Positions 18,094-27,501 of a stretch of DNA of 64,000 nt are shown here, in pieces. A program made the position numbers and the translations under genes. The stretch comes from an uncultured Gammaproteobacteria bacterium (GTDB lineage: Bacteria; Patescibacteriota; Patescibacteriia; SG8-24): the NCBI GenBank assembly GCA_964491475.1, contig CAZBFO010000002.1, positions 277,841 through 341,840 on the forward strand, written 5' to 3'. Numbering within the stretch: position 1 is the first letter of the stretch; every line of letters starts with the position of its first letter. The notes under the pieces are model-generated. The model was not told the DNA's origin, made no database searches, and saw only the letters and a list, made by a program, of their open reading frames with translations.

Positions 18094-18171
18094 CCGCAGC
18101 TCGGTCCGGCAGCCGGCGATTGACATTCGGGCCGATGTGCGATAAGGCTGGGTTACGTTTTGGAGGTGATC

Positions 18172-18720
18172 ATGAAAGCAGAAATCCGGTTCCGCCTGCT
18201 GGCCCTTTCGCAAGTTTCCTACGAATCGGCACGCTACGCCCACGACGCGATTAAGCGGCGGCTGGGCCTCGCTCCCGAGAAGTCGGTCATAGTCAACGTG
18301 CCCGACGGCACCCCCTTCCGCGAGCTGCAGGTCACGCAAGGTCTTTCCTCGTCTGACCTCCTGCTTTCCTGCAAGAAGCTGTGGAACAACAGCATCGCGC
18401 GGGGTCACGTGAATCCGTACCTGTTCTGCGGCGTCATCTGTGACAGTTATCCGGAGCTGGAGGACCGCACGGTGGTCGCCGACAACCGGCAGCTGCTGCG
18501 CATCGCCATGCGTCATGCCGCCGGCATCGTCAAAATGGGGGCGCGGCGCAGCGCCTATCTGCCCGCCTTCGTCGACGCCCAGATGGCGCACCTTTCCGGT
18601 TGTCAGGGCTGCATTGACGCCGTCCTGGCGCGCATCCGCGCCGGCCTGCGCACACGCAGCGGCATCCGCGCGATGCTCGAACACGCCGGGCTGCGCCGTC
18701 CCGCTTCGCCGCCGGTCTGA
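18172..18720 (+). CDS. Hypothetical protein with HxxxCxxC motif
   Basis: TTGACA at 18120, GGAGGTG SD, terminator at about 18727-18756; AHLSGCQGC. Confidence 0.65.
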   Translation: MKAEIRFRLLALSQVSYESARYAHDAIKRRLGLAPEKSVIVNVPDGTPFRELQVTQGLSSSDLLLSCKKLWNNSIARGHVNPYLFCGVICDSYPELEDRTVVADNRQLLRIAMRHAAGIVKMGARRSAYLPAFVDAQMAHLSGCQGCIDAVLARIRAGLRTRSGIRAMLEHAGLRRPASPPV

Positions 18721-18842
18721 ACCTTTCCCCTGCATTGCCAGGGGATTTTTGTTTTTGGTCGGCGCGGAAAGGCTTTTTTGCTATACTGCCAGCATTGCCT
18801 ACGGGCCTCGTCGTTTCAATCACTTCTTTCGCTTGTCACGAT

Positions 18843-21314
18843 ATGTCGTTCATCAGGCGTTTCGCGCAGAGGATGCTTGCCGTCGTCGGGGTCGCCGCGG
18901 CGGTGGCCGCGTCGGTTTTTGCGCTTTCCGGATCGGTCTCATTGGCGCAGACGGGTGCTGCCCCGAAGATACTGACCGGCCCCACGGTCAGCAGCATCAC
19001 CGAGGATTCGGCCATCATTCGGTGGACGACCGACGTAGAAAGCACCACCGTGGTCGATTTCGGCACCACCGACTCGCTCGGGCAGACCTATCGAAAGATC
19101 ATCCCGATCGAAGAGACCGAGGTGACGGAGATTTCGCACACGATGACGCTGTCTCCGTTGAAGGCGGGCACGCGCTACTTCTTCAAAGTGTCCTCCTCGA
19201 CTTCCGGCGGCACAGCGTCTTCGGCCATCGTCGACTTCACTTCTGCCAGCCCGGCTTGCGGTCCTGACGCCTGGACTTGCACCGACTGGAGCGCCTGTGA
19301 GAAGGGCACCGGCGGCAGCTACGGCCAGACTCGCTCCTGCAGCGTGTCGGCGGCCTGCGCCGACGCGGGAGTACCAAAGCCGCAGACGTCGCAATCCTGC
19401 ACGCCCGCCTGCACCGAGGACACCTGGACCTGCGGAAATTGGCAGGCATGCTCGGCCGGCGGCACCCAGACCCGCGCCTGCACCTTGACGACCGATTGCC
19501 CGACGGCAAGCACGCCCAAGCCAGCCACTTCGCAGAGCTGCAGGCGGCCTTGTACTGCGGACGATTGGAAGTGCGGCGAGTGGGGCGATTGCAGCAAGGA
19601 GACGCAGACGCGCTCTTGCGCCCTGCCGACCACCTGCTCGGGCACGCCAGCCAAACCGGCCGAGAGCCAAAAGTGCGTCATGCCGAAACCGGCGTGCACC
19701 GACAAGGATTGGATTTGCGGAGAATGGGGCGCTTGTTCGGCCGACGGGAAGGCGAAGCGCGACTGTTCCTTGCCTACGACCTGCCTGCCCGTAAAGCCTG
19801 ACGAAAAAACCCGCTCCGAAATCAAGGACTGCCCGCCAGCCGGTGCCGAAGGCGACAAAAAGCCCGAAGAGCCGGCGAGTCCGACCGGGCAAGACCTGAA
19901 CGAGCCGCTGCCGCCCGACGCGAACGTGCCCTTCTCTCCCTCCGAGCCTCCCGCACCTCCGGTCCCGCCGCTTTCGGCGAGCACCGTTCTGGGCGGCGGC
20001 GACGAAAGCGCGGCGCTGCTGAAGGAATGTGCCGACAACAACATCGGTCCCGACCGTTGCCCGGCTTGGCTCGATGCCAAATATGGCGACCGTTCTTGCG
20101 AGGAAAACGGTATCTTCTCGAAGGAAGCCTGCGTTGCGTTCCTGCGCAAGACGCATGGGGGAACGGTTCCGGGCTGCGAGGGTAAGACCGAGGCGGAATG
20201 CAGCGAGATTTTGGCCCGCATGATGGCCGGCTACATGCCGGGAGACATGCATGACGAGATCGACGCCATGATCGGTACGACGAAGGCCGGCGAGATGTTT
20301 GACGCGCTCGGCGATGCGGCCCCGTCTGTGCTTGCCGTTCGTGCCAGCCACAAGGACAAGGTGCGCTGGTGGCCGTCCAAGCGCTCCGGCGATCAGGAGA
20401 CTTCGCCGGGAATGTTCGTCATCGACACCGATAAGGACGGCCTGCCGGACGACGTCGAGAAGCGGCTGGGCACCGATCCGAACGTTCCCGATGCGGCCGT
20501 CGCTCGTGAGATACTGAAGAAGTTCTTCGAGGCCGGCGACAAGCCTGCGCCGGAGCAGTTGGCCGTCCGCGAAAGGCTGAAGTCGTTCTTCGAGACGGGC
20601 GATAAGCCGTCCCAGGACGACGCCCGCGCGGCGATGGCCGCCTTCTTCGGCCCCGGCACGCCGCCAGGCAGCGTCAACGCCATCGACGCGGCGTTCATCC
20701 TCGGCTTGGCCGTCGGCCAGCCGACGGGGTCGGGTACCACGGACGACAGTTTCACCGTCGACGCCACCAGTTCGCCTGACGCCGCCGACGGCGGAGGCAT
20801 CACGCTGCACGGCCATGCGGCACCGGGCGCCGTGATCTTCCTGTACGTCTACAGCTACGTGCCGATGGTGCTGACCACCACCGCCGATGACAGCGGCAAC
20901 TACCAGTACGACATTTCCGACAACGTCGTCGACGGTTCGCATACCGCCTACGTGGCCCTGGTCGACGGCGCCGGCGACGTCGCCGCGAAGAGCAGGCCGC
21001 AGTCGTTCTTCGTGAAGACCGCCTTGGCAGTCACCGAAAGCGATTTCCTTGCCACCGACGCCAAGTTGACGCCGACCACGCCCGCTTCGAAAGCTACCAG
21101 CGTCTACCTGTACGGGGTCGCCGCGCTGTTGCTGGTCGCGCTGATTGCCGTCGGGTTCGTAATGCGGGGGACGCGGAAGCGGAAGGGCGCGGCACCGTCG
21201 CCCACGGGTCCGACGCCTCCGAAACCTCCTGCTCCACCGCCCACCGCTCCGCCAGCGCCTCAAACGCCGCCGGCACCGCCTGCGGCATCACCGCCCGCAG
21301 CACCGCCACGATAG
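18843..21314 (+). CDS. Modular surface protein: signal peptide, FN3-like domain, 4 TSP1-like Cys repeats, 6-Cys domain, TSP3-type repeat, Ig-like domain, C-terminal TM, Pro-rich tail
   Basis: SAIIRWTTD..LKAGTRYFFKV; WxCxxWxxC..QTRxC repeats; DTDKDGLPDDVE; TM followed by RGTRKRK. Confidence 0.85.
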   Translation: MSFIRRFAQRMLAVVGVAAAVAASVFALSGSVSLAQTGAAPKILTGPTVSSITEDSAIIRWTTDVESTTVVDFGTTDSLGQTYRKIIPIEETEVTEISHTMTLSPLKAGTRYFFKVSSSTSGGTASSAIVDFTSASPACGPDAWTCTDWSACEKGTGGSYGQTRSCSVSAACADAGVPKPQTSQSCTPACTEDTWTCGNWQACSAGGTQTRACTLTTDCPTASTPKPATSQSCRRPCTADDWKCGEWGDCSKETQTRSCALPTTCSGTPAKPAESQKCVMPKPACTDKDWICGEWGACSADGKAKRDCSLPTTCLPVKPDEKTRSEIKDCPPAGAEGDKKPEEPASPTGQDLNEPLPPDANVPFSPSEPPAPPVPPLSASTVLGGGDESAALLKECADNNIGPDRCPAWLDAKYGDRSCEENGIFSKEACVAFLRKTHGGTVPGCEGKTEAECSEILARMMAGYMPGDMHDEIDAMIGTTKAGEMFDALGDAAPSVLAVRASHKDKVRWWPSKRSGDQETSPGMFVIDTDKDGLPDDVEKRLGTDPNVPDAAVAREILKKFFEAGDKPAPEQLAVRERLKSFFETGDKPSQDDARAAMAAFFGPGTPPGSVNAIDAAFILGLAVGQPTGSGTTDDSFTVDATSSPDAADGGGITLHGHAAPGAVIFLYVYSYVPMVLTTTADDSGNYQYDISDNVVDGSHTAYVALVDGAGDVAAKSRPQSFFVKTALAVTESDFLATDAKLTPTTPASKATSVYLYGVAALLLVALIAVGFVMRGTRKRKGAAPSPTGPTPPKPPAPPPTAPPAPQTPPAPPAASPPAAPPR
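19257..19832 (+). repeat. Four tandem Cys/Trp repeats of about 45 aa (TSP1-like)
   Basis: CGPDAWTCTDWSAC, CTEDTWTCGNWQAC, CTADDWKCGEWGDC, CTDKDWICGEWGAC; six Cys per unit. Confidence 0.85.
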
Positions 21315-21335
21315 CCGCGCAAAAAACCCGCGAAC

Positions 21336-21370
21336 ATCGCCGTCGCCCCTAGCGCGACGGCGATTTTTTT
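21336..21370 (+). terminator. Intrinsic terminator
   Basis: ATCGCCGTCGC...GCGACGGCGAT plus T-run. Confidence 0.8.
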
Positions 21371-21389
21371 GCTATAATTCAAGCAGATT

Positions 21390-22436
21390 ATGAGCTATAA
21401 GAAGTTCCAGACGTATTTCTTCATCGCTCTGCTGTCCGGCAGCCTTTTGCTGACATTGGCCGTTTTCCAGTCCTACCTGGTGCTGTTGGCTTTCGGCGGC
21501 GTTTTCGCCATCCTTGCCCGTCCGCTGTTCCTGCGTTTCGAGCGCTACCTCAAGTCCGAAACGGCCGCCGCATTCCTGACCATCACGGTCGTGGCCAGCC
21601 TGATCTTCGTGCCAACGGCACTGTTCGTGGCGCAGCTCACCGACGAATTGGGTCGGCTGTTCTCGAACATCAAGGGGTATCTGGACTACCAGGCGGTCAA
21701 CGCCCTGCTGGACAAGTACGTGCCCGCACAATTTCACGCCCAGGTTCCGGCGATGATGCAGGAGGGCGCCCGGCTGGTCAGCGCCCTGGCGCAGACGCTC
21801 TCAAGCAACCTGCTGGCGTTCTTCTCCAACCTGTTCGGCATGGTCTTCGGCCTGCTGGTGGTGGTCATTTCCGCTTACTACCTGCTGAAGGACGGCACCA
21901 AGATCAAGAAGGAGCTGCTGGTGCTTTCGCCTCTGGGCGACAACCATGACGAGCAGGTGTTTCGCCGCGTCGTCACGGCCGTCCGGGCGGTGTTCCTTGG
22001 GACACTCATCGTCGGTGCCGCCAAGGGCGTGCTTTCGGGAATCGCCTTCTGGCTGACGGGCCTTCCGGCACCGCTGTTTTGGGGAACCATGACCGGTTTG
22101 GCGTCGTTCGTCCCGATGGTCGGTTCGGCCATCGTGACGGTGCCCGCCGTGCTGTATCTCGTCGCCATCGGCAAGGTTAACGCCGCGATCGTCCTGTCGG
22201 TCGTGTCCATTGCGGTCATCGGCACCATCGACAACTTCATCCAGCCGAAGTTCGTGGAAAGCAAGACCAGCATCCATCCTTTGCTTGTGCTGCTGTCCAT
22301 TTTGGGGGGCATGCAGTTCTACGGGTTCGCCGGCTTCATCCTGGGTCCGCTGACCCTGGCCGTGTCGATGGCGCTGCTGGAAATCTACAAGAAGGAGTTC
22401 CGGCGCGGGCTCGACGGGGACGAAAAAGCGGAATGA
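21390..22436 (+). CDS. AI-2E family transporter
   Basis: ASFVPMVGS, IDNFIQPK, IHPLLVLLSILGG..FGFAGFILGP-type motif. Confidence 0.92.
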   Translation: MSYKKFQTYFFIALLSGSLLLTLAVFQSYLVLLAFGGVFAILARPLFLRFERYLKSETAAAFLTITVVASLIFVPTALFVAQLTDELGRLFSNIKGYLDYQAVNALLDKYVPAQFHAQVPAMMQEGARLVSALAQTLSSNLLAFFSNLFGMVFGLLVVVISAYYLLKDGTKIKKELLVLSPLGDNHDEQVFRRVVTAVRAVFLGTLIVGAAKGVLSGIAFWLTGLPAPLFWGTMTGLASFVPMVGSAIVTVPAVLYLVAIGKVNAAIVLSVVSIAVIGTIDNFIQPKFVESKTSIHPLLVLLSILGGMQFYGFAGFILGPLTLAVSMALLEIYKKEFRRGLDGDEKAE

Positions 22437-22465
22437 AAAAACGGCCGCCGAGACGGGCCGTTTTT
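22436..22465. terminator. Bidirectional terminator
   Basis: AAAAAACGGCC...GGCCGTTTTT between convergent genes. Confidence 0.75.
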
Positions 22466-22468
22466 CGT

Positions 22469-22990
22469 TCAGCGGGACGCCTTCCTGCTCGGCGCCTTTT
22501 TTTTCGGCTCAAGGTGCTTTTTGACGGTCGCGTAGGTCTTGCCGGCCAAACTGGAATTCGAAGACCAGGCTTCTTGGGAAACGTCGCGCCCGAACCATCG
22601 CGGGGGGACGAAGGCGGATCGGGCCGCCTCGTCTTTGAACTCCACCTCGACCATCGCCAGCCCTTCGAGCGGACCGTGGAAAACGTCCAGCTCGGCGGTC
22701 AGGTTATCGTCGAGACGGAGGTAGTGGCGGGTCTTGGTGAGGCCGCGTTTGGCCAGCGGCAGCAGCAGGTAATACTCCTCGCGGTCGAGAGGAACGGTGA
22801 TTTCCTCACGGCGCGAAAGGTCGTCACCGGCGACATTGAGCTTCTTCGTCAGTTCGTAGGTTCCTCCGGATCGGCGGATGCGCAGGGGTTCTTCGCCCTC
22901 GGACAGGTAGTGCTGCTCGATGTCTTTGCCAGGGATGCCGGCCAGGTCCGGCATGCGCTTCACCAAGTAAGACAGTTCATTTTCGATCAT
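22469..22990 (-). CDS. CYTH domain protein
   Basis: IENELSYLV, IEQHYL, LRIRR, ELDVFHGPLEGLAMVEVEF, PRWFGRDVS. Confidence 0.88.
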   Translation of the reverse strand: MIENELSYLVKRMPDLAGIPGKDIEQHYLSEGEEPLRIRRSGGTYELTKKLNVAGDDLSRREEITVPLDREEYYLLLPLAKRGLTKTRHYLRLDDNLTAELDVFHGPLEGLAMVEVEFKDEAARSAFVPPRWFGRDVSQEAWSSNSSLAGKTYATVKKHLEPKKKAPSRKASR

Positions 22991-22996
22991 AGCGGA

Positions 22997-23404
22997 TCAG
23001 GGTGCCGTTGATGAGGCGTTGACGTTCGCCGCCGCGTTGACATTGGCGGTGACGGGCGCGGTTACCGAGTGCCAGGCCGTGACGAACAGGCCGAAGAATC
23101 CCGAGACCATGGACTTGAGGAACGGCCAGACGGCCTCCCAGGCCGTGGCCCACACGGAGGTGACCGCCTTCTGCATCTCGGGGGATTTTGCAGTTTCCGC
23201 CGCCGCTGCGGCCGCTTGGCCGGCCGGACCGTTCACGGACAGGTTGACGTTCGCTGCGTCATTGAGGAGCTGCTTGGCGCTGGCCGAAACGCCGGCCGAA
23301 GCGTTGACGTTGGTCGTCGCGGCCGCTGCGGATGAGGCGCAAAGCAGCGAAATGCCGAATGCGACCACCAAATGTTTTGCGGATTTGCGCGTGAGCATGG
23401 GCAT
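22997..23404 (-). CDS. Hypothetical exported Ala/Asn-rich protein
   Basis: Signal-peptide-like N-terminus, repeated ANVN/TNVN motifs, Trp-rich amphipathic helix. Confidence 0.65.
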   Translation of the reverse strand: MPMLTRKSAKHLVVAFGISLLCASSAAAATTNVNASAGVSASAKQLLNDAANVNLSVNGPAGQAAAAAAETAKSPEMQKAVTSVWATAWEAVWPFLKSMVSGFFGLFVTAWHSVTAPVTANVNAAANVNASSTAP

Positions 23405-23463
23405 GGCGTTAACTCGTATCTGTCGATGGGACTGTACCACGGGCGCGGTGCAGCGCACAGTCG

Positions 23464-25128
23464 TCACCGTTTGGCGCGGAAGGTCTGCATGTTGGCGTCG
23501 AACTGCGCCTTTTGCTCGGCCGTCAACATTCCCGGACCCTTGGGATTGTAACCGCCTTCCACCTCCCGGCCGTCTCCGAAGCCGTCACCGTCGGTGTCGG
23601 CCTTGAGAGGGTCGGTGCCGTAGACGTAGATTTCTTCTCCATCGGAAAGGCCGTCGAGGTCGGTGTCGGCGACGTTGGGGTTGGTGTTATAGACCATGGT
23701 CTCCTGCTCGTCGGACACGCCGTCGCCGTCGGTGTCGGCAGAAGGAGCGGCATCCGTTTGCGGGGCTTCGGCAGGAAGGGGATTCGACGGCGACGGCTGT
23801 TGTTCGGGGACGTTCGTCGCCGATGGCGGGGCGGGCACTGTCGTGGTGACGGTCTTTTCGTCCGGCGGTACCGTCGTCGGCTGCGGAGCCACGTCGAAGC
23901 CGTTGAGGCTAAGCGTATGGGGTCCTTTTGCGAAAGCCAGTACGCCCTGCTCCAGGGTGAAGCTGATGACGAAGGTCAGGTCCCGTTTCTGGTAACCGTA
24001 CCCAGGACCGTCGGGGTCCTTCGGTACCGTCTTCAGGTACCTTGGCGAAAGCTGGTCGAGCGAATCCGGATACGCCTTGTTGTCGCTGAACCAGCTGCCT
24101 AGCGCCAGCTTGATCATGTTCACGTCACCGTAACGCTGCAAGTCGCGTTCTTCGGGGGTGCTGGCGTACTTGGGAGGGGCGGTGACGGGCGCCGCCGAAG
24201 GTTCCCTGGCCTGCCGCTCGCCGAACGGGGCGTTGACGCTGATCTTGGTGAGGTCCGCAAGGTTGAACTTGGCGCGAGTCAGGAAGAAAACCGGCAGGGC
24301 TATGATGCCGACGAGACAAAACGCGCCGAGCGCCGCCAGGATGCGGTAGAAAAGCTTGCGCGAGGGCTTGACCGTCCATTCTTTTCCCACGACGGCCACG
24401 CAGTCCTCGTAGAACGTCTGCAGGTAGATGAGGTAGAAGGGGGAGAACAGCGCCGCGAACAGCCAACTTGCGGCCGAGGCCGCCGGCGAGACGAGTGCGG
24501 GCTTCGTGACCCAAGCTGCCGCCGCAGCGATGCCGCTGAACGCCAGGCCGATGATGCCGCCCATGACGGCAAGTCCCAACTGGTCGAAGAGCAGCGTAGT
24601 CGTGCGGCCGTATATCAGGTCGCGGCTTCGGGCCAGTGCCTCGACGCCCTTGCGGCGTTCATTGATGACGACGTAAACGGTTAACGTGAACCGGACGGCC
24701 ATTATCACCGCCGGGACGATCAGAAGGGAGGGCAGGAAGATGACCAATGAAAAAACAAACGTCGTGAAGATACCGGGAAGCAAGGAACCCAGACCTCGGC
24801 TGAAAGCCCTGCCGAATCGGAGTTCTCCGGCGGCGACCGCCACCAGCACGTAGGGTGCCAGCAAAGACGCCACAAAGCCGACGATGCCCAGGCCTGCAGC
24901 GGGGGCGGCCGGCAGATGGCCGCGCATCGCGGCCAATATGATGGAGGGCAGGCCGGTGACGCCGCTGATGAGCACGAACATGCCTAGCGAGGCCCGATAC
25001 CGTATGAAGGTCCTGTGCAGCCTGTCCTTCATCGGCGGAAAGATCACGGGCTTCACGAAGCCAACCGACGGCGCGGCTGGCACCGGCTGTGCGGGTTGTG
25101 CCGGAGTCACGATGGGTTCGGCTGGCAT
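23464..25128 (-). CDS. Multi-TM protein fused to a pilin/GspG-like head and TSP3-type Ca-binding repeats
   Basis: About 6 TM helices; RDLQRYGDVNMIKLALGSWFSDNKAYPDSL..L.PRYLKTVPKDP; DTDGDGVSD, DTDLDGLSD, DTDGDGFGD..GYNPKGPG. Confidence 0.8.
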   Translation of the reverse strand: MPAEPIVTPAQPAQPVPAAPSVGFVKPVIFPPMKDRLHRTFIRYRASLGMFVLISGVTGLPSIILAAMRGHLPAAPAAGLGIVGFVASLLAPYVLVAVAAGELRFGRAFSRGLGSLLPGIFTTFVFSLVIFLPSLLIVPAVIMAVRFTLTVYVVINERRKGVEALARSRDLIYGRTTTLLFDQLGLAVMGGIIGLAFSGIAAAAAWVTKPALVSPAASAASWLFAALFSPFYLIYLQTFYEDCVAVVGKEWTVKPSRKLFYRILAALGAFCLVGIIALPVFFLTRAKFNLADLTKISVNAPFGERQAREPSAAPVTAPPKYASTPEERDLQRYGDVNMIKLALGSWFSDNKAYPDSLDQLSPRYLKTVPKDPDGPGYGYQKRDLTFVISFTLEQGVLAFAKGPHTLSLNGFDVAPQPTTVPPDEKTVTTTVPAPPSATNVPEQQPSPSNPLPAEAPQTDAAPSADTDGDGVSDEQETMVYNTNPNVADTDLDGLSDGEEIYVYGTDPLKADTDGDGFGDGREVEGGYNPKGPGMLTAEQKAQFDANMQTFRAKR

Positions 25129-25255
25129 AACGTTTTGCCCGACGGTCAGGCGGGCTATTCGTCGTCAGTATAGCACGGGCGGGCGCTGCCGAAGAACGCC
25201 CGCGCGACAAAAAGAAAGCCCCGGACGCGAAGTGCGTCCGGGGCAAAGTGCCCGT

Positions 25256-25933
25256 TCAGAACTGTTCGGCCGCGAATTCGGCCATCATGTTGTCCGTGCG
25301 CACGCCGGTGTCGATGCCCAACTGCGACAAAGTGTCATCGTCGATGGGGACTTCGACCCGCGGAACCCAGTCGTAACTGATGCGGACAGACATGGAGTCC
25401 ATGTCCCATTCGGCGGAGATCACGTGATCGTCGCCGTAGTTGAGGTGACCGAGCCGAATCGGTCCGGCCAAGGAAACGTAGCCGCGGTCGGCGCATTCGG
25501 CGCTGGTGCTCTGGCCGGGGTTCAGCTTGGTCGAGACGTACAACGCGCTCATGCCGTCCGGTTCGCGCCGGACCATCGCGTACAGCAGGTTGCAAGGGTC
25601 CTTGGCCATGAACTTCATGCCGATCTGGTGCCGCACCTCGCCGTTGCCGAGGTGCGATACTCCCCCGGTTTCGCCGAGGAAGATGAACTGCAGATCGGCA
25701 CCGAACGTCAGCCTGCGGCTGCGGGGGAAGAGGAAGATGCCGCGCATTTCCGGACTTTCGGTCCGGAAAGGCAGGACGTCTCCGGTGCCGACGTGGCCGT
25801 CGGTCACCAGGATGCGCGTGGTCTTGTCGTCCTCGGGGCCGATGTCCGCCATGCGGACGTTGCAGCCGAGGCCGAAACAGGCAATCGCGGTGAGCGTAAG
25901 CGCGTACGCGAAACTGTCGAAATGCTTGTGCAT
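25256..25933 (-). CDS. Hypothetical lipoprotein, beta-rich
   Basis: Signal ending FGLGC; GAGGTG SD; TTGACA-N17-TATTTT promoter (26000-26028); terminator at about 25208-25244. Confidence 0.65.
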   Translation of the reverse strand: MHKHFDSFAYALTLTAIACFGLGCNVRMADIGPEDDKTTRILVTDGHVGTGDVLPFRTESPEMRGIFLFPRSRRLTFGADLQFIFLGETGGVSHLGNGEVRHQIGMKFMAKDPCNLLYAMVRREPDGMSALYVSTKLNPGQSTSAECADRGYVSLAGPIRLGHLNYGDDHVISAEWDMDSMSVRISYDWVPRVEVPIDDDTLSQLGIDTGVRTDNMMAEFAAEQF

Positions 25934-26150
25934 TGCACACCTCTATTCGTTGGAATGGGGACGGTTTTTGACGAGTGACATGATAATGGGCAACTGCTAA
26001 AAATAGCACAAAAATGACATTTTGTCAATCGTGTCAGAAGGATCTGAACTATCATTTTTTGGCTTTGTTGAGCCCTTGACAAACTCCTTATTTTATCGCA
26101 TGCTGGCCGGTCGCATTCATGCGGCAACAAGAAAAAGGGGAGTCCCGTCC

Positions 26151-26774
26151 ATGAAGAAAAAACTGCTCGTTTCCTTCGCCGTGATCGGCGCCCTCGCCGG
26201 TTGCAACATGCCCTTCGACACCTCGCCCAACACGCCGTCATCCAAGAAGAAGACGGTCGTTCCGACCGACGTCGTGGCCGACCGGCCGGCGCCGTCCTCG
26301 CCGTTCATGGGCCATCGGTTCTTCTTCGACGGCGCGTTGCCGGAAGGCTGGTACGTGTCCGCACGCGGCGACGATCAGCCGCTGGCGCCGGGATACGCCG
26401 CGCTGTGCGTGCTGTCCCGCGCCAAGAGCAGGGACAAGGTCCTGATCCTGCTGGCGTCATCGGTCGATGCGGCCGCGCGCGCCGAGGTGACGGCGCGCAT
26501 GCGCGATGCCGAATGGTGGCAACCGCGCATTCCGCTGTCCTTCTTCGACGCCGACCGCGTCGGTGCCGACGTCGGCCTGCACGTCACCAAAGGCCAGTTC
26601 GCCGACATCGACTCGCTGCTGCTCTTCGCGGTCCTCCGCTGTCAGAGGGAGAGCTGCGAGGCCTCGCTGGAACAGACACGCGAAATCGCCAACCGTCTGC
26701 AGTTGCGCCCCGCACGCGCGGACGACGAGCACGTCGTCAGCCCCTCGGGCGGCGATTGCGGTTCGCGTTTCTGA
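26151..26774 (+). CDS. Hypothetical lipoprotein
   Basis: MKKKLLVSFAVIGALAGC lipobox; GGGAG SD; TTGACA 26076; terminator at about 26787-26812. Confidence 0.7.
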   Translation: MKKKLLVSFAVIGALAGCNMPFDTSPNTPSSKKKTVVPTDVVADRPAPSSPFMGHRFFFDGALPEGWYVSARGDDQPLAPGYAALCVLSRAKSRDKVLILLASSVDAAARAEVTARMRDAEWWQPRIPLSFFDADRVGADVGLHVTKGQFADIDSLLLFAVLRCQRESCEASLEQTREIANRLQLRPARADDEHVVSPSGGDCGSRF

Positions 26775-26895
26775 CGTTTCGTCGCGACCTCCGGTTTGCT
26801 CGGAGGTTTTTTGTCGGGAAATCTTGACAAACCGGCCGATTCGGGACAGAGTAGCGCATCCGGAATGAGCCGGATCATCATGAAAGGAGCCGCAG

Positions 26896-27501
26896 ATGAG
26901 AACAGGTCCATTGGTGGCATTCACGGCAGCGCTGGCGGTCGGCTGCGTTGCGTCACGGCCGCCGCAGACGGCGAAAAAGCCGGCACCGTCAGTGCCCGTT
27001 CTGGCAGCGACTGCGCCGGAGGCACGACCGGACGCGGTGCCGCAGGCGGCGGCGGTGGCCAGTGAGGCGTTGGAGATGTCGTACTCGCTTCCCGACGCGG
27101 AAGACTGGACGGAGGGCGACCGCCGCGCGGTCGGCTTCGACGGCTGGACGCCGGATGCGGTCATCCGCAACGAGAAGCTGGGCGCGACCATCGTCTTTGC
27201 CGGCTATCCGCGGAACCTCGGTTCGACGCTCGACGTCGCCGACTCGCTGCGCGCCAAGTTCGCGGCTTCCTCGGCCGTGATGGCCGAGGCGACCGGCCGT
27301 TTCGCTTTCTTCGCCTTCTGCAAGAAGCGCACCAAGGGCGAATCCGAAAGGACCTGCGGCAAGGTCTACGTGGTGCGGCCCGGCGGGGATGGCGGCCAGT
27401 ACGTGCTCATCGTAGGCATCTGGCCGGAATCGTCCGGCGCGGATGCCGCCAGGGACGTCGATGCGGTCGCGCGAAGCTTTTCCGCGACCCACGCGCAGTA
27501 G
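26896..27501 (+). CDS. Hypothetical lipoprotein
   Basis: LAVGC lipobox; AAGGAG SD; TTGACA 26824; terminator at about 27513-27543. Confidence 0.7.
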   Translation: MRTGPLVAFTAALAVGCVASRPPQTAKKPAPSVPVLAATAPEARPDAVPQAAAVASEALEMSYSLPDAEDWTEGDRRAVGFDGWTPDAVIRNEKLGATIVFAGYPRNLGSTLDVADSLRAKFAASSAVMAEATGRFAFFAFCKKRTKGESERTCGKVYVVRPGGDGGQYVLIVGIWPESSGADAARDVDAVARSFSATHAQ

